A stretch of DNA of 64,000 nt. Source: Terriglobia bacterium (lineage in GTDB: Bacteria; Acidobacteriota; Terriglobia; Acidiferrales; UBA7541). The position numbers and the translations under genes were made by a program. The notes below the pieces were generated by a model. The model searched no databases. It was not told where the DNA came from and saw only the letters and a list, made by a program, of their open reading frames with translations. Of the stretch, positions 39,695-50,114 are shown one piece after another. Position 1 is the stretch's first letter. Each line of letters opens with the position of its first letter. The DNA is taken from NCBI GenBank assembly GCA_963695545.1, contig OY968796.1, positions 1,664,001-1,728,000 on the forward strand. The letters are read 5' to 3'.

Positions 39695-41080
39695 ATGAAG
39701 CTCGCGGTAATCGGCTGTGGATACGTGGGACTCGTGACCGGCGGATGTCTCGCCGAAATCGGCCATGAGGTCATCGCCACTGACAACGACTCCGCAAAAA
39801 TCGCCGTCCTCGCGGCCGGCCGCGTGCCAATCTACGAGCCGAAACTTGAGCCCATGCTGGCCGCCGCGCGCCGCTCCGGCCGCCTGCGCTTCACTGCCGA
39901 CGCAGCCGAAGCTGTGCGCTCGGCGGATGTAATTTTCATTTGCGTCGGCACGCCGCCGCGCGAAACGGGCGAGGCGGATTTGTCCGCCATTGACAGCGTG
40001 GCGCGCATGATCGCGAGCGAGGCGCGCACTCCGAAACTGGTCATCGAGAAAAGCACCGTGCCGGCTCACACCGGCGAAAATCTGAAGCGCGCTCTCACCG
40101 TCTATGGCCGCAACGGTGGCACGTTGTTTCGGGTGGCCTCGAATCCCGAATTTCTGCGCGAAGGCACGGCCATCGGGGATTTTTTCCACCCCGATCGCAT
40201 CGTCATCGGTGTTGAAGACGCGGCTTCCACCGAGCAGCTTCGCGAGCTTTACTCTCCCATTCTCGAGGGTCGCTTCTCCTGCCCGGTCCATTCAGGCCAA
40301 TGCCCGCCGGCCGCGAAGCCGGAGTTTTTGGTGACCACGATCGCCAGCGCGGAGCTGATCAAGCACGCCTCGAATTCCTTTCTCGGCCTGAAAATTTCCT
40401 ATGCCAACGTACTCTCGGATCTATGCGAGAAGCTCGGCGGCAACGTCGACGAAGTCACGCGCGCCGTTGGACTCGATCCGCGCATCGGCCCGCAATTTTT
40501 GAAAGCGGGGCTCGGCTTCGGCGGCTTCTGCCTGCCGAAAGACATTCAGGCTTTCCTGCATCTGGCCGAGCAAGTGGGTGTGGATTTTGGACTCTTGCGC
40601 GAGGCGGAACGCGTGAACCGCCAGCGCGTCGACCGGCTGATGGAAAAAGTTCACCAGTTCCTTTGGGTCATCAAGGGCAAGGAAATCGGCCTGCTCGGTC
40701 TGGCCTTCAAACCATTCACCGACGACATCCGCCTCGCGCCCGCGCTCGAAGTGATTCGTCGCCTAAGCGCCGAAGGCGCCCGCTTGCGCGCCACCGATCC
40801 CGAAGCCATGGAGCGCACCCGCGCTCAGTTTCCCGATCTTGCCTATAGCGCCGATCCCTACGACGTCGCGCGCGGCGCAGACGCTCTACTGCTGCTCACC
40901 GAATGGCCCGAATACAAAAAACTTGATTGGAAACGCATTCACAAAGAAATGGCTCGTCCCCTGGTCATCGACGCGCGAAATCAGCTCGACCCCGCCACCA
41001 TGAGCGATCTGGGTTTCGAGTACGACTCCTTCGGCCGGCCGGGCTTGCACGTACCGGTCGCGCCAAAACAGTCGCGCTAG
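39695..41080 (+). CDS. ugd: UDP-glucose 6-dehydrogenase
   Basis: MKLAVIGCGYVGL, EKSTVP, SNPEFLREG, AELIKHASN, GFGGFCLPKD, GLAFKP.TDDIR. Confidence 0.96.
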   Translation: MKLAVIGCGYVGLVTGGCLAEIGHEVIATDNDSAKIAVLAAGRVPIYEPKLEPMLAAARRSGRLRFTADAAEAVRSADVIFICVGTPPRETGEADLSAIDSVARMIASEARTPKLVIEKSTVPAHTGENLKRALTVYGRNGGTLFRVASNPEFLREGTAIGDFFHPDRIVIGVEDAASTEQLRELYSPILEGRFSCPVHSGQCPPAAKPEFLVTTIASAELIKHASNSFLGLKISYANVLSDLCEKLGGNVDEVTRAVGLDPRIGPQFLKAGLGFGGFCLPKDIQAFLHLAEQVGVDFGLLREAERVNRQRVDRLMEKVHQFLWVIKGKEIGLLGLAFKPFTDDIRLAPALEVIRRLSAEGARLRATDPEAMERTRAQFPDLAYSADPYDVARGADALLLLTEWPEYKKLDWKRIHKEMARPLVIDARNQLDPATMSDLGFEYDSFGRPGLHVPVAPKQSR

Positions 41081-41104
41081 CCGAAAGTGAACCGCGTGCG
41101 GTGT

Positions 41105-42052
<948 letters not shown>

Positions 42053-42231
42053 AATTCGCTCCTCCCAACGCACTCGCCAGAATTTCGAGCAGCCCGGTCA
42101 CGCAAGTATGAAGCGTCCGCGTGTCCCGCAGCAAGCTTGCCCCGATTTCATGTGCCGGCGCCGCAAGATACTGCATCGCGCATTTGACCCGAACCGCCCG
42201 CCGCGTTAGCATTCGCCGCCGAGCACACTGC

Positions 42232-42936
42232 ATGAGCTTCAACTGGCCTCCACTCTACGAGCCGTATCCCGATCCCGCGCCACCCGCGGATGCGCCGCCC
42301 CCGCCGCGCCGGAATCAGCGCCGCATTCTGGTCGTGCTCACAGCGCTCGCGCTCTTGTTCGTCGTGGCGGCTGTTGTCTTCCTTCGCGTCGGCCAATGGC
42401 TCGTCATCGAAGACCCGCTCGCGCCCGCCGACGCCATCGTCATACTGAGCGGCCGAATTCCGGAACGCGCCATGGAAGCCGCGCGCATTTATCACGAGGG
42501 CGTTGCCAGCGAAGTGTGGATTTCGCAGGGCACGAGCCCGGCCGACGAACTTGCCAAGCTCAATATCCATTACCTCGGCGAGGATTTCTACAATCAGCAA
42601 ATTTTGCTCGCGATGAATGTGCCGCCCGATGCGATCCGCGTCCTCGATCAGCCTGCGTTAAACACCGAAGCCGAAGTCGATGAAATCGCCGCCGATCTGC
42701 GCGCCGACGGTTTCACCTCCGCCATCATCGTCACTTCAAAGCCGCACACGCGGCGCGTGCGTGCGATCTGGAATCGCCGCGCCGGCCCGGGGCTGCGCCT
42801 GATCGTCCGCTATCCCGAAGATGATCCCTACGATGGCGCGCATTGGTGGCGCAGCACCCGCGACGCTCTGGACGTCGTGCGCGAGGTTCTCGGCTTGCTA
42901 AACGCCTGGGCCGGGTTCCCGCTGCACGCGCTCTAA
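42232..42936 (+). CDS. YdcF/DUF218 family protein
   Basis: TM anchor, ADAIVILSG..ER, NTEAE, IIVTS..HTRR. Confidence 0.88.
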   Translation: MSFNWPPLYEPYPDPAPPADAPPPPRRNQRRILVVLTALALLFVVAAVVFLRVGQWLVIEDPLAPADAIVILSGRIPERAMEAARIYHEGVASEVWISQGTSPADELAKLNIHYLGEDFYNQQILLAMNVPPDAIRVLDQPALNTEAEVDEIAADLRADGFTSAIIVTSKPHTRRVRAIWNRRAGPGLRLIVRYPEDDPYDGAHWWRSTRDALDVVREVLGLLNAWAGFPLHAL

Positions 42937-43123
42937 AAACCCCTCTAAAAGCGCCTCAATCCCCCATCTGTAAGTGATTGATTACAAGTGTCTTATTTGA
43001 TGGCAACCGCGAGGCATTTCGGGTGCCCGCCCCCCGATAGGACCGACGATTAAGCGCCTAGTACGGACCGCCCATTGAGCCAGGCGGCCGCGCGCCTCAA
43101 AATGAATCCCGAAGCGAAGAGTA

Positions 43124-43516
43124 ATGCTATCGATGCTTATACTCGTGTTATCGACCATCGCCCTAGTCCAATTTGGCGTGTACTACTGGCGCGCCTTGGT
43201 CGTGACGGCCGCGACCCAGCCCCTCTCCGATCGCGCGCGCGCCGCAGCCCAATTGGCTACGGACAAATCCGGCGCGCCCGACTTCGCCGCCGTGCTCAGC
43301 CTGCACCAGCTCACGCCGGGCCTGGGCGGCCAAGGCAGCGGACTCACGCTGGTCCGCTCGTATCACAGCGCCGTTAGCGCGCTGGGCCGGATGGTCCCTT
43401 CGCTCTCCGGCTGGGTCAACGGCGAGAAGCTAGTCTGCGCGCGTTATGCGACGGTGATGTTGGATCGCCGCCTGGCACGCGTTGCGGCCTGTGTTGCAAG
43501 CTCACAATCTTTCTAA
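43124..43516 (+). CDS. Hypothetical protein, tandem paralogue 1
   Basis: 130 aa, hydrophobic N-terminus; highly similar to 43664-44056. Confidence 0.85.
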   Translation: MLSMLILVLSTIALVQFGVYYWRALVVTAATQPLSDRARAAAQLATDKSGAPDFAAVLSLHQLTPGLGGQGSGLTLVRSYHSAVSALGRMVPSLSGWVNGEKLVCARYATVMLDRRLARVAACVASSQSF

Positions 43517-43663
43517 GGCTTCCCCCCGAGAGGGAGCTTTTCGGCACCGGGTGCTGGGCCTGTCGGCGCGGCACCCGCTGACCGAAAGGTCCAACCGCTG
43601 GTACTCCCGTTCTATTGAGCCCGGCGGCTTTCCGCGCCACAATCCACGTAGAGATTAAGAGAG

Positions 43664-44056
43664 ATGCTGGCCCTGCTCATCCTCGCGCTATCCACCATCG
43701 CCCTGGGGCAATTCGGCGTGTATTACTGGCGCGCCCTGGTGGTGACGGCGGCTACCCAGCCCCTCTCCGATCGCGCGCGCGCCGCGGCTCAGCTCGCCAC
43801 CGATCGATCCGGCGCGCCTGACTTCTCCGCGGTCTTGAGCCTGCACAAGCTGTCACCGGGCCTGGGCGGCAGCGGCCGCGGCCTCACGCTGGTCCGCTCG
43901 TATCACGGCATCGTCAACGCGCTCGGCCGGATCGTCCCGCCGCTCTCAGGCTGGGCCAATGGCGAGAAAGCGGTTTGCGCGCGTTACGCCACTGCGATGC
44001 TCGATAGCCGCCTGGCGCGCGTTGCGGCCTGCGTGGCAAGCTCCCAATCCTTCTAA
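43664..44056 (+). CDS. Hypothetical protein, tandem paralogue 2
   Basis: 130 aa, exactly 540 bp downstream of paralogue 1, no indels. Confidence 0.85.
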   Translation: MLALLILALSTIALGQFGVYYWRALVVTAATQPLSDRARAAAQLATDRSGAPDFSAVLSLHKLSPGLGGSGRGLTLVRSYHGIVNALGRIVPPLSGWANGEKAVCARYATAMLDSRLARVAACVASSQSF

Positions 44057-44140
44057 GAAATTCCCCCCAAAGCTTCTAAGCAGCCGGCGCGAGCCCAACG
44101 GCGTAGCATCATCCATTGCGGACGACAATCGCACACATTT

Positions 44141-45139
44141 TCAGTACGCCCAGTGCATCAAAATTCCGCCGGTCGTATATCCCGCACCGACCGCGACCAG
44201 CAGCACTAAATCTCCCTTGTGCAGCCGGCCCTGTTCAATCGCGTCGTGCAATCCCAGCGGAATGGTGGCCGCGGTGGTGTTTCCGTAGCGGTCGATGTTC
44301 ACCATCACCTTTGAATCTTCCACTCCCAATCGCTGCTGCATCGCGCGGATGATTCGCAAATTTGCCTGGTGCGGCACGATCAGCGTCAGGTCCGCACCGG
44401 TGTAGCCGTTGCGTTCCACCAACTGGCAAGCCACTTCGGCCATCTTGCGCACCGCGTACTTAAAAACCTGCGGCCCTTCCTGATGAACGTAATGCATGCG
44501 CTTATCCACCGTCTCGTGCGAGGGCGGATGCAGCGAGCCGCCGCCCGGCATATAGAGCGACATTCCGCCAGACCCATCGATATCGTGCACGAAATCTATG
44601 ATTCCCTCGCTCTCATTCGTGGCCGGCTCAAGCAGCACGGCGCCCGCGGCATCGCCGAACAGCACGCACGTGGCGCGATCCTGAAAATCGAGGATCGAAG
44701 TCATGGTGTCGCTGCCGATCACCACCACCTTGCGGTGCGTCCCGGCGCCGACGAATTGCGCCCCGACCGTCAGCGCGTATAGAAAGCCCGAGCACGCGCC
44801 CGAGAGATCGAATCCCCAGGCCTTCGTCGCGCCGATGCGGTCCTGCACCAGGCAGGCTGTGGCGGGAAACATCATGTCCGGCGTCACCGTGGCCACGATG
44901 ATCAGGTCGATTTCCTCCGCGCGCGTGCCGGTTTGCTCCAGCAGACGCCGCGCCGCCTCCGTGGCCATGTGCGAAGTCGCCACGCCCGGATCGACCATGT
45001 GCCGCTCGCGGATTCCGGTGCGCTCGCGAATCCAGGCGTCGGTGGTCTGGACCATTTTTTCCAGATCGGCGTTGGTCAGCAGGCGCGGAGGAAGATACGC
45101 GGCCACACCAGTAATCTTGGCGGCAATGCGTTGGGGCAT
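44141..45139 (-). CDS. fabH: Beta-ketoacyl-ACP synthase III
   Basis: [13 protein letters not shown] (Cys), [17 protein letters not shown] (His), GNTTAA (Asn). Confidence 0.96.
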   Translation of the reverse strand: MPQRIAAKITGVAAYLPPRLLTNADLEKMVQTTDAWIRERTGIRERHMVDPGVATSHMATEAARRLLEQTGTRAEEIDLIIVATVTPDMMFPATACLVQDRIGATKAWGFDLSGACSGFLYALTVGAQFVGAGTHRKVVVIGSDTMTSILDFQDRATCVLFGDAAGAVLLEPATNESEGIIDFVHDIDGSGGMSLYMPGGGSLHPPSHETVDKRMHYVHQEGPQVFKYAVRKMAEVACQLVERNGYTGADLTLIVPHQANLRIIRAMQQRLGVEDSKVMVNIDRYGNTTAATIPLGLHDAIEQGRLHKGDLVLLVAVGAGYTTGGILMHWAY

Positions 45140-45349
45140 CGATCTCTCCGTCAGGCGCCCGCGGCGTCGCGGGTTGAGGAATCGCGATTCTACGCAATCG
45201 CCCCACAGGTGACAAGCGCTTCGCCGGTGCCGCGCCGAGCGCGCATTCGATGCGTGACGATCGATGGAGGCTGCCGCCGCAGGCCGGGCATCGCCGTCGC
45301 TGCGGGCTGGGGTGAGCTTGTGGTGCGTGTTGCGGGAGCGAGATCGCGC

Positions 45350-45548
45350 CGGGAGGGGGGTACACCCCCGGGTATGTTTTGCGTAAGAGCCCGTAAATAC
45401 AGGACTTCGGGGAAAAGAGTGACAAAGAGTGTGCAAGAGATTGATTGCAATGGGTTTGCGATCGTTTATTTTCAATAAGATGCGCACTCTTTTGCATTTG
45501 GTTTGGAATCATTCGTTTACGGCGACACGTTTGTGCACGTGAGCGCGG
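45350..45548 (-). repeat. Dispersed ~200-bp AT-richer repeat, copy 1
   Basis: 45469-45494 matches the reverse complement of 60120-60145 at 25 of 26 nt; internal CACTCTTT units; GGGGGTGTACCCC end. Confidence 0.7.
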
Positions 45549-45980
45549 TTCGGTTGCAGTCAAGCGATGATATTTGGTAGGCCAAGCAAGGCGGGCGGCG
45601 GGCAGGCTCGGGCGGACGCGCGTAAGGTTGTGCTCCGAGATGCGCGCGATTGAGTCGGGCTCGAACGGGAAAATCTTGCGCAGGCGATCCGCCTTCGCCA
45701 AGGCTGTGGCGGACTCCGGCGTCGGGACGTGTCGTTCGAGGTTCATACAAAAGGATAGCACGAGCGGCAATGTGATGTCAATATTATCTTTAAGTTATTA
45801 TTCGAATACAATTGGTGCGGGGCATAGCGAAATGATTTAGAGTGAGATGTTCAGAGTCTTGGTCGTCCGTCTTCTAGCGAGTGGGATGCGGGCGAGATGA
45901 GGCATCGCAGGCGAAATATCAGCAAACGTCCCGTCTGTCATCGGTTTTCCCGGTTCAGTTTCCCGAGAGCCCGCGATTGA

Positions 45981-46514
45981 TCAATTTGAAAGGATCGCGT
46001 TTGATACGACAGTGTATCCAGAGAGTCTGAGCGTGCCGCCGGTTTTCTTCCATGTAAATGTCTCGACGGCCGACCCGGCAGCGAACGTCGTGTTGTACTC
46101 ACATACCAACAAAGAGTCGCCGAATCCGATGTCGACCTTGAGGCTCACCAGTGTTGCCGCGTCGGCGTCGCCTAATTTAGCGTGAAGACCCGAAAAGAAT
46201 TTCAGTGGATCTTGGTCTGTCGCGCCGTCGGAGAAACCTTCGTCGGCTTGGCCGAGGATATCTTGATACCGGCCCTCGTTGAGCTCCTCGTGAAACTGTC
46301 GAACCGCAGTGTCGGCAAGATTGCGCCCATTGACGAAAGCGGAGCCGCATTGCCAAACATAGAATATCGAGACGGCTAGCGTGACTGCGAGAGACCACTT
46401 CCACGGGGCCCCAGTTCGCTTTAAACGCACCCCGTACCCGAAGTCCGGGGGCCGACTGCTGCCCAAGGAGGGTGGCGCACCGTTTATGCGCGTGTCGCTA
46501 GGTTCATTCTGCAC
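45981..46514 (-). CDS. Hypothetical membrane-anchored protein
   Basis: TM segment, then AVRQFHEELNEGRYQDI..YNTTF..G.AVETFTW..L.LSGY. Confidence 0.75.
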   Translation of the reverse strand: MQNEPSDTRINGAPPSLGSSRPPDFGYGVRLKRTGAPWKWSLAVTLAVSIFYVWQCGSAFVNGRNLADTAVRQFHEELNEGRYQDILGQADEGFSDGATDQDPLKFFSGLHAKLGDADAATLVSLKVDIGFGDSLLVCEYNTTFAAGSAVETFTWKKTGGTLRLSGYTVVSNAILSN

Positions 46515-46587
46515 GCGCGGATGATACCACTAGCGATCTTCACCTTGGAGTAATGTGGCGCGTCCGTCGGGCTGCGGCTTGCGCAGC
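46470..46587 (-). repeat. Promoter+leader module copy 1
   Basis: GCAAGCCGCAGCCCGA..GGTGAAGATCGCTAGTGGTATCATCCGCGC-GTG; aligns with 47186-47305 and 49415-49532. Confidence 0.88.
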
Positions 46588-46635
46588 AAAGGGTGAGCCG
46601 CTCCTAGCTGGAAGGCGACATCCCACCCGCGGCGA

Positions 46636-47232
46636 TCAGTGTCGCCGAGTTCCGATCCCGATCAGAAGGCCGCCGCTGATGCCGAGCGACTGCTCGTGCC
46701 CTGGCCCAAAGCTGTAGTCGTAAGCCGGTTCGAGAAACCAGCCGAATTTGTGCCTGCCGGAGGGCCAGAACATGAAATCAGCGGCCACTTCAATGCCGGC
46801 CGCATCTGTGGTCGTGCCGTGTTCGGTCGCATGAATCCACTCGGGACCGACACCGGCCATAAACTCCGCTTTCTTGGAGAACGTCCAGGGCTTCTTGAAC
46901 AGAAGATCGGTGTCCCATTCGGTCGAGTCGAGGCCGAAAAGCGGCGTGACGCCCGCTTCGATTTCCAGCCAATTTTCTATCGGCGTGAATTCAACAGCGA
47001 CATCCGGGCCGAAGCTCGCGCCGCCACCGGTGAGACTCTCGCTCGGGGCGGCCCCGAATTCGAGGATTGCGGCAGGGTCGTTATCGGGCGGCTGCGCCAA
47101 GGCGTTTGCGCAGCAGAGAAACAGAGAGGCCAGCAGCACGTATTTTGTTGCGTTCACAATCGCTCCGACGCACGCCCGATGTTTGATGGCGGGCGGCGCT
47201 CTTCCGTGAGTATGCGCGTTTTCGATCTCCAC
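46636..47232 (-). CDS. Hypothetical exported beta-strand protein (possible outer-membrane barrel)
   Basis: Signal peptide LLASLFLCCANALA follows the shared leader; amphipathic strands; ends GGLLIGI. Confidence 0.75.
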   Translation of the reverse strand: MEIENAHTHGRAPPAIKHRACVGAIVNATKYVLLASLFLCCANALAQPPDNDPAAILEFGAAPSESLTGGGASFGPDVAVEFTPIENWLEIEAGVTPLFGLDSTEWDTDLLFKKPWTFSKKAEFMAGVGPEWIHATEHGTTTDAAGIEVAADFMFWPSGRHKFGWFLEPAYDYSFGPGHEQSLGISGGLLIGIGTRRH

Positions 47233-47305
47233 GCGCGGATGGTACCACTAGAGATCTTCACCTCGGACTGATGCGGCCAGTCTGTCGGGCTGCGGTTTGC
47301 GTAGC
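47186..47305 (-). repeat. Promoter+leader module copy 2
   Basis: GCAAACCGCAGCCCGA..GGTGAAGATCTCTAGTGGTACCATCCGCGC-GTG. Confidence 0.88.
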
Positions 47306-47341
47306 CCTCAGGTCGAAGGCTGAGTCAGTCGCTAATCTCGG

Positions 47342-48094
47342 TTATTTTTTTGCGTCTTCGTCGCGCCTTCGAGCAGCGGCTGCTTCAGGGTCGGTTATGA
47401 TATCGACCCATTTTGGGTTGGGCGAGGCCTCGACCGCGTAAGTGTCGTGCCAGTTCCACCACTTGTACGGCGCGGTCTGCGGGTAACCCTCTGGCGAATC
47501 CTCCCAAGTCTCCTGACGGCCGAGCGCCGTCATATCGAGATAGCTCCAGATGGTTCCCATGTTCTCGTCGCCGCGGACGTTGATGAAGTAGGTGCGGAAC
47601 ACTTTGTCGCCCTCGCGGATAAACGCATTGTGGCCGTGCCACTGGTCCACGCCGAAGTCCACGTCGAAGCTGTCGGTGATGGTGTACCAAGGCATCTCCC
47701 AGTCCATCCGCGCCTTCAGGCGCGCGATGTCCGCCTGCGGCGCGCGCGAGGCGTAGGCCAGCGTGGTGTCGCGTGCGTTCAGATGGGCCAGGTGGGAGAC
47801 CTGATCGGCGCCCAGGGAACAGCCGCGGCAGGCGTGCTCGGGCCAGCCAAAAACGCCGGGCTCGAAGAAGGCGCGGTAAATGACCAACTGACGGCGGCCC
47901 TCGAACAGGTCGAGCAGGCTTACCTTGCCCTTGGGTCCATCGAACTCGTACTTCTTCTCGACGGCGAGCCACGGCATGCGCCGGCGTTCGGCGGCCAGCG
48001 CGTCACGGGAGTGCATCACGGCCTTCTCTTTCGCGAGGAGCTGCTGGCGCGCAGCCTCCCATTCTTGTTGCGAAACGACGGGTGGAGTTTTCAT
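47342..48094 (-). CDS. DUF899 family thioredoxin-like protein
   Basis: PPVVSQQEWEAAR..RRRMPW..LLDLFEGRRQL..CRGCS..LGRQE.WEDSPEGYPQ. Confidence 0.92.
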   Translation of the reverse strand: MKTPPVVSQQEWEAARQQLLAKEKAVMHSRDALAAERRRMPWLAVEKKYEFDGPKGKVSLLDLFEGRRQLVIYRAFFEPGVFGWPEHACRGCSLGADQVSHLAHLNARDTTLAYASRAPQADIARLKARMDWEMPWYTITDSFDVDFGVDQWHGHNAFIREGDKVFRTYFINVRGDENMGTIWSYLDMTALGRQETWEDSPEGYPQTAPYKWWNWHDTYAVEASPNPKWVDIITDPEAAAARRRDEDAKK

Positions 48095-48146
48095 TGCGAG
48101 TGCTCCTTTGGGTGCTCGATGCACTTTGTTTCTCGATCGTTTTTGT

Positions 48147-48374
48147 TTACTTCATCGACGATTGGTTCAATGTTCGAGCAACGTACACAAGAACGATACC
48201 GCTGACGAGCGCGAGGCCGCCGAGAATTGGGGTCGTCAGATTGGGTTTATGCGGTACGAAGGCCGCGAGCATAAATCGTATGGGCGACACAAAGTATATG
48301 AGCGCGATGATTCCCAAGGCGATCAAAATGATACCGACAATCGATGCCACATTGATTAGGAATTGTCGCAGCAT
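48147..48374 (-). CDS. Small two-TM membrane protein
   Basis: Two hydrophobic helices, co-oriented with neighbours. Confidence 0.55.
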   Translation of the reverse strand: MLRQFLINVASIVGIILIALGIIALIYFVSPIRFMLAAFVPHKPNLTTPILGGLALVSGIVLVYVARTLNQSSMK

Positions 48375-48495
48375 GTGTGATCCCTCGGGCGCAGGCTTGG
48401 TCGACCGCGTGATGCGCGGAGCAACAGGAAGAATACTCCAACTGCGATCAATGCGATGGCATTGCAGGGTTCAGGCGAGCCGGGACTTCGGCGAC

Positions 48496-49464
48496 TTATC
48501 GAGCCTTTGTGGAGTGACTTGCTGCGTCGGCTACGTCTTCCAAAGCCCGACGCAACGCGGTAACGGGTTCATTGCCGAATGCCTTGCGCCACTCCGTTTC
48601 TACTGCCTGTATGCGTTCGTCATGCGCGTCCTTTACAGCGACGCCCTTTCGGGTCAGGTAAATAATCTCGCCGCCTTTGCTGCCGCTCAAACGCACGAAG
48701 CCGTGACGGTCCAACGCGGAGATGCCAGCGAAGGGGCCAAGTCCCTGCAGAGGCCGGCCCTCAAGGGGGATGCGCTTGATCACCATCAAACTAAGCGAGA
48801 GCGCAACCGGCGACTTTTTCTCGTAGTTCATCGCGAACGCAACCAGGGCTTGGGAGAGCAACGCCGAGAGCGCGAGATCCGAGACACTGTTTCCGTTCTG
48901 GCGAGGGACCGCTTTCCAGTCGCGTCCGTTCCCACCTGTGATACTCGCGTCCGCGGCCCCATAACTCGCCGGATAATGGGGATGTTCCAGCGGCAGCCTG
49001 GTGGCGATTTGTTCGAGGGAGGCGCGGAGTTTGCTGGTGCGCTCGGCACCGACCTCCGCCCGCCAGCGTTCTTCCGCGGCGTGTTGCAGCGGCGTCCATC
49101 GAGTCGCGACAACGGACCCTCGGGCTGTGAGCCGCACGGTCGCCGGGTCGCGCCCGAGCTTCAATTCTTCGACCCATCCATTTCTGGCCGCCACCGACAT
49201 CCTTGATCGCACGGCCCGCTTCGATAGCCGGACAATCGCCGGCAGCTCCCGGCGATCGGTGCCCGCGACGTTGAGGGCGCGAAGAAGGTTCGCCCACAGG
49301 TCAAGCGACGGCATGCCGTCGCCGCCAGCGCCTTCAAGGATATAGGCTCGCTCGAGTCCGCCGAGTGCGGTCCAAAGCAATGAGGGCAGAGCCGCAGATG
49401 CGACGCTGTTCTCCATGGCGGGCGGCGCACCGTTTACGCGCGTCTCGCTACGTTCACTCTGCAC
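48496..49464 (-). CDS. Hypothetical protein with two winged-HTH-like repeats
   Basis: Internal duplication (LPSLLWTAL / LSALLSQAL; VRLTARG / IYLTRKG; EERWRAEVG / ETEWRKAFG). Confidence 0.7.
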   Translation of the reverse strand: MQSERSETRVNGAPPAMENSVASAALPSLLWTALGGLERAYILEGAGGDGMPSLDLWANLLRALNVAGTDRRELPAIVRLSKRAVRSRMSVAARNGWVEELKLGRDPATVRLTARGSVVATRWTPLQHAAEERWRAEVGAERTSKLRASLEQIATRLPLEHPHYPASYGAADASITGGNGRDWKAVPRQNGNSVSDLALSALLSQALVAFAMNYEKKSPVALSLSLMVIKRIPLEGRPLQGLGPFAGISALDRHGFVRLSGSKGGEIIYLTRKGVAVKDAHDERIQAVETEWRKAFGNEPVTALRRALEDVADAASHSTKAR

Positions 49465-49532
49465 GCGCGAATGATAGCATTAGCGACTTTCACCTTAGAG
49501 TGATGCAGCGGGTCTCTCGGGCTGCGGTTTGC
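49415..49532 (-). repeat. Promoter+leader module copy 3
   Basis: GCAAACCGCAGCCCGA..GGTGAAAGTCGCTAATGCTATCATTCGCGC-GTG. Confidence 0.88.
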
Positions 49533-49550
49533 CCCACTCGCGGGCGGAGT

Positions 49551-50072
49551 TCAAGGTGCGTAGCGAGTGAAGACATAGTCCTGCGCTTTCGCGGGCACGT
49601 GGCAGGGGAAGCATGTTTTGTGCACCGCCTCGCCGGCCGGTTTGCCATCGATGAATTCGGCGTAGCCCCAGCCGCCCGTCGCGGCGTACTTTTTCGAGTC
49701 CTTGACCATGAACTGAACATTCGTGGCGGGCCCGGCAATGAAGGATTGCTCGCGGCCGAAGACTTTGTCGTTCTGAGCCGATGGCACGTATTTCCAAGCC
49801 AGTCTGGCGATGATCGCGCCGTCCGGAAAGGGCAGCGTCCCGTTGCGAAAAGCCGTCATCGCAATCGGGTTCCCGAGCATGGCGCGTATGTCGTCGTAGT
49901 TCGCGGCTTCGTGGGCCACGGAGATCAATTCCCACTGGCGATATCCCGGAGGAATTGTGATTCCGTAGATCGGGGCGGCGTCGTCACCGGCGCCCACCGC
50001 CGTGGATGCCGCCGATGCGATCACGCACGCCGCCGTCGCAACGGCGAGCACGAAGAGAGGGAGTCGTTTCAT
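49551..50072 (-). CDS. Cytochrome P460/c'-beta family protein
   Basis: Signal peptide, PPGYRQW, FPDGAII, MVKDSKKY..TGGWGY, C-terminal CFPCH, DYVFTRY. Confidence 0.9.
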   Translation of the reverse strand: MKRLPLFVLAVATAACVIASAASTAVGAGDDAAPIYGITIPPGYRQWELISVAHEAANYDDIRAMLGNPIAMTAFRNGTLPFPDGAIIARLAWKYVPSAQNDKVFGREQSFIAGPATNVQFMVKDSKKYAATGGWGYAEFIDGKPAGEAVHKTCFPCHVPAKAQDYVFTRYAP

Positions 50073-50114
50073 GGAATGTCCCGTCCTAATTGATGCCGAC
50101 ATCGGCCGAGCGGC

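Noticed and set aside
44628..45770. 380-aa ORF and the long N-terminal extension of fabH
   Set aside because: They run through a non-coding repeat and an alternative frame; FabH homology starts at 45139
46470..49532. Classical integron attC sites or a c-di-GMP riboswitch
   Set aside because: No RYYYAAC/GTTRRRY ends, no intI, and no recognisable riboswitch stems
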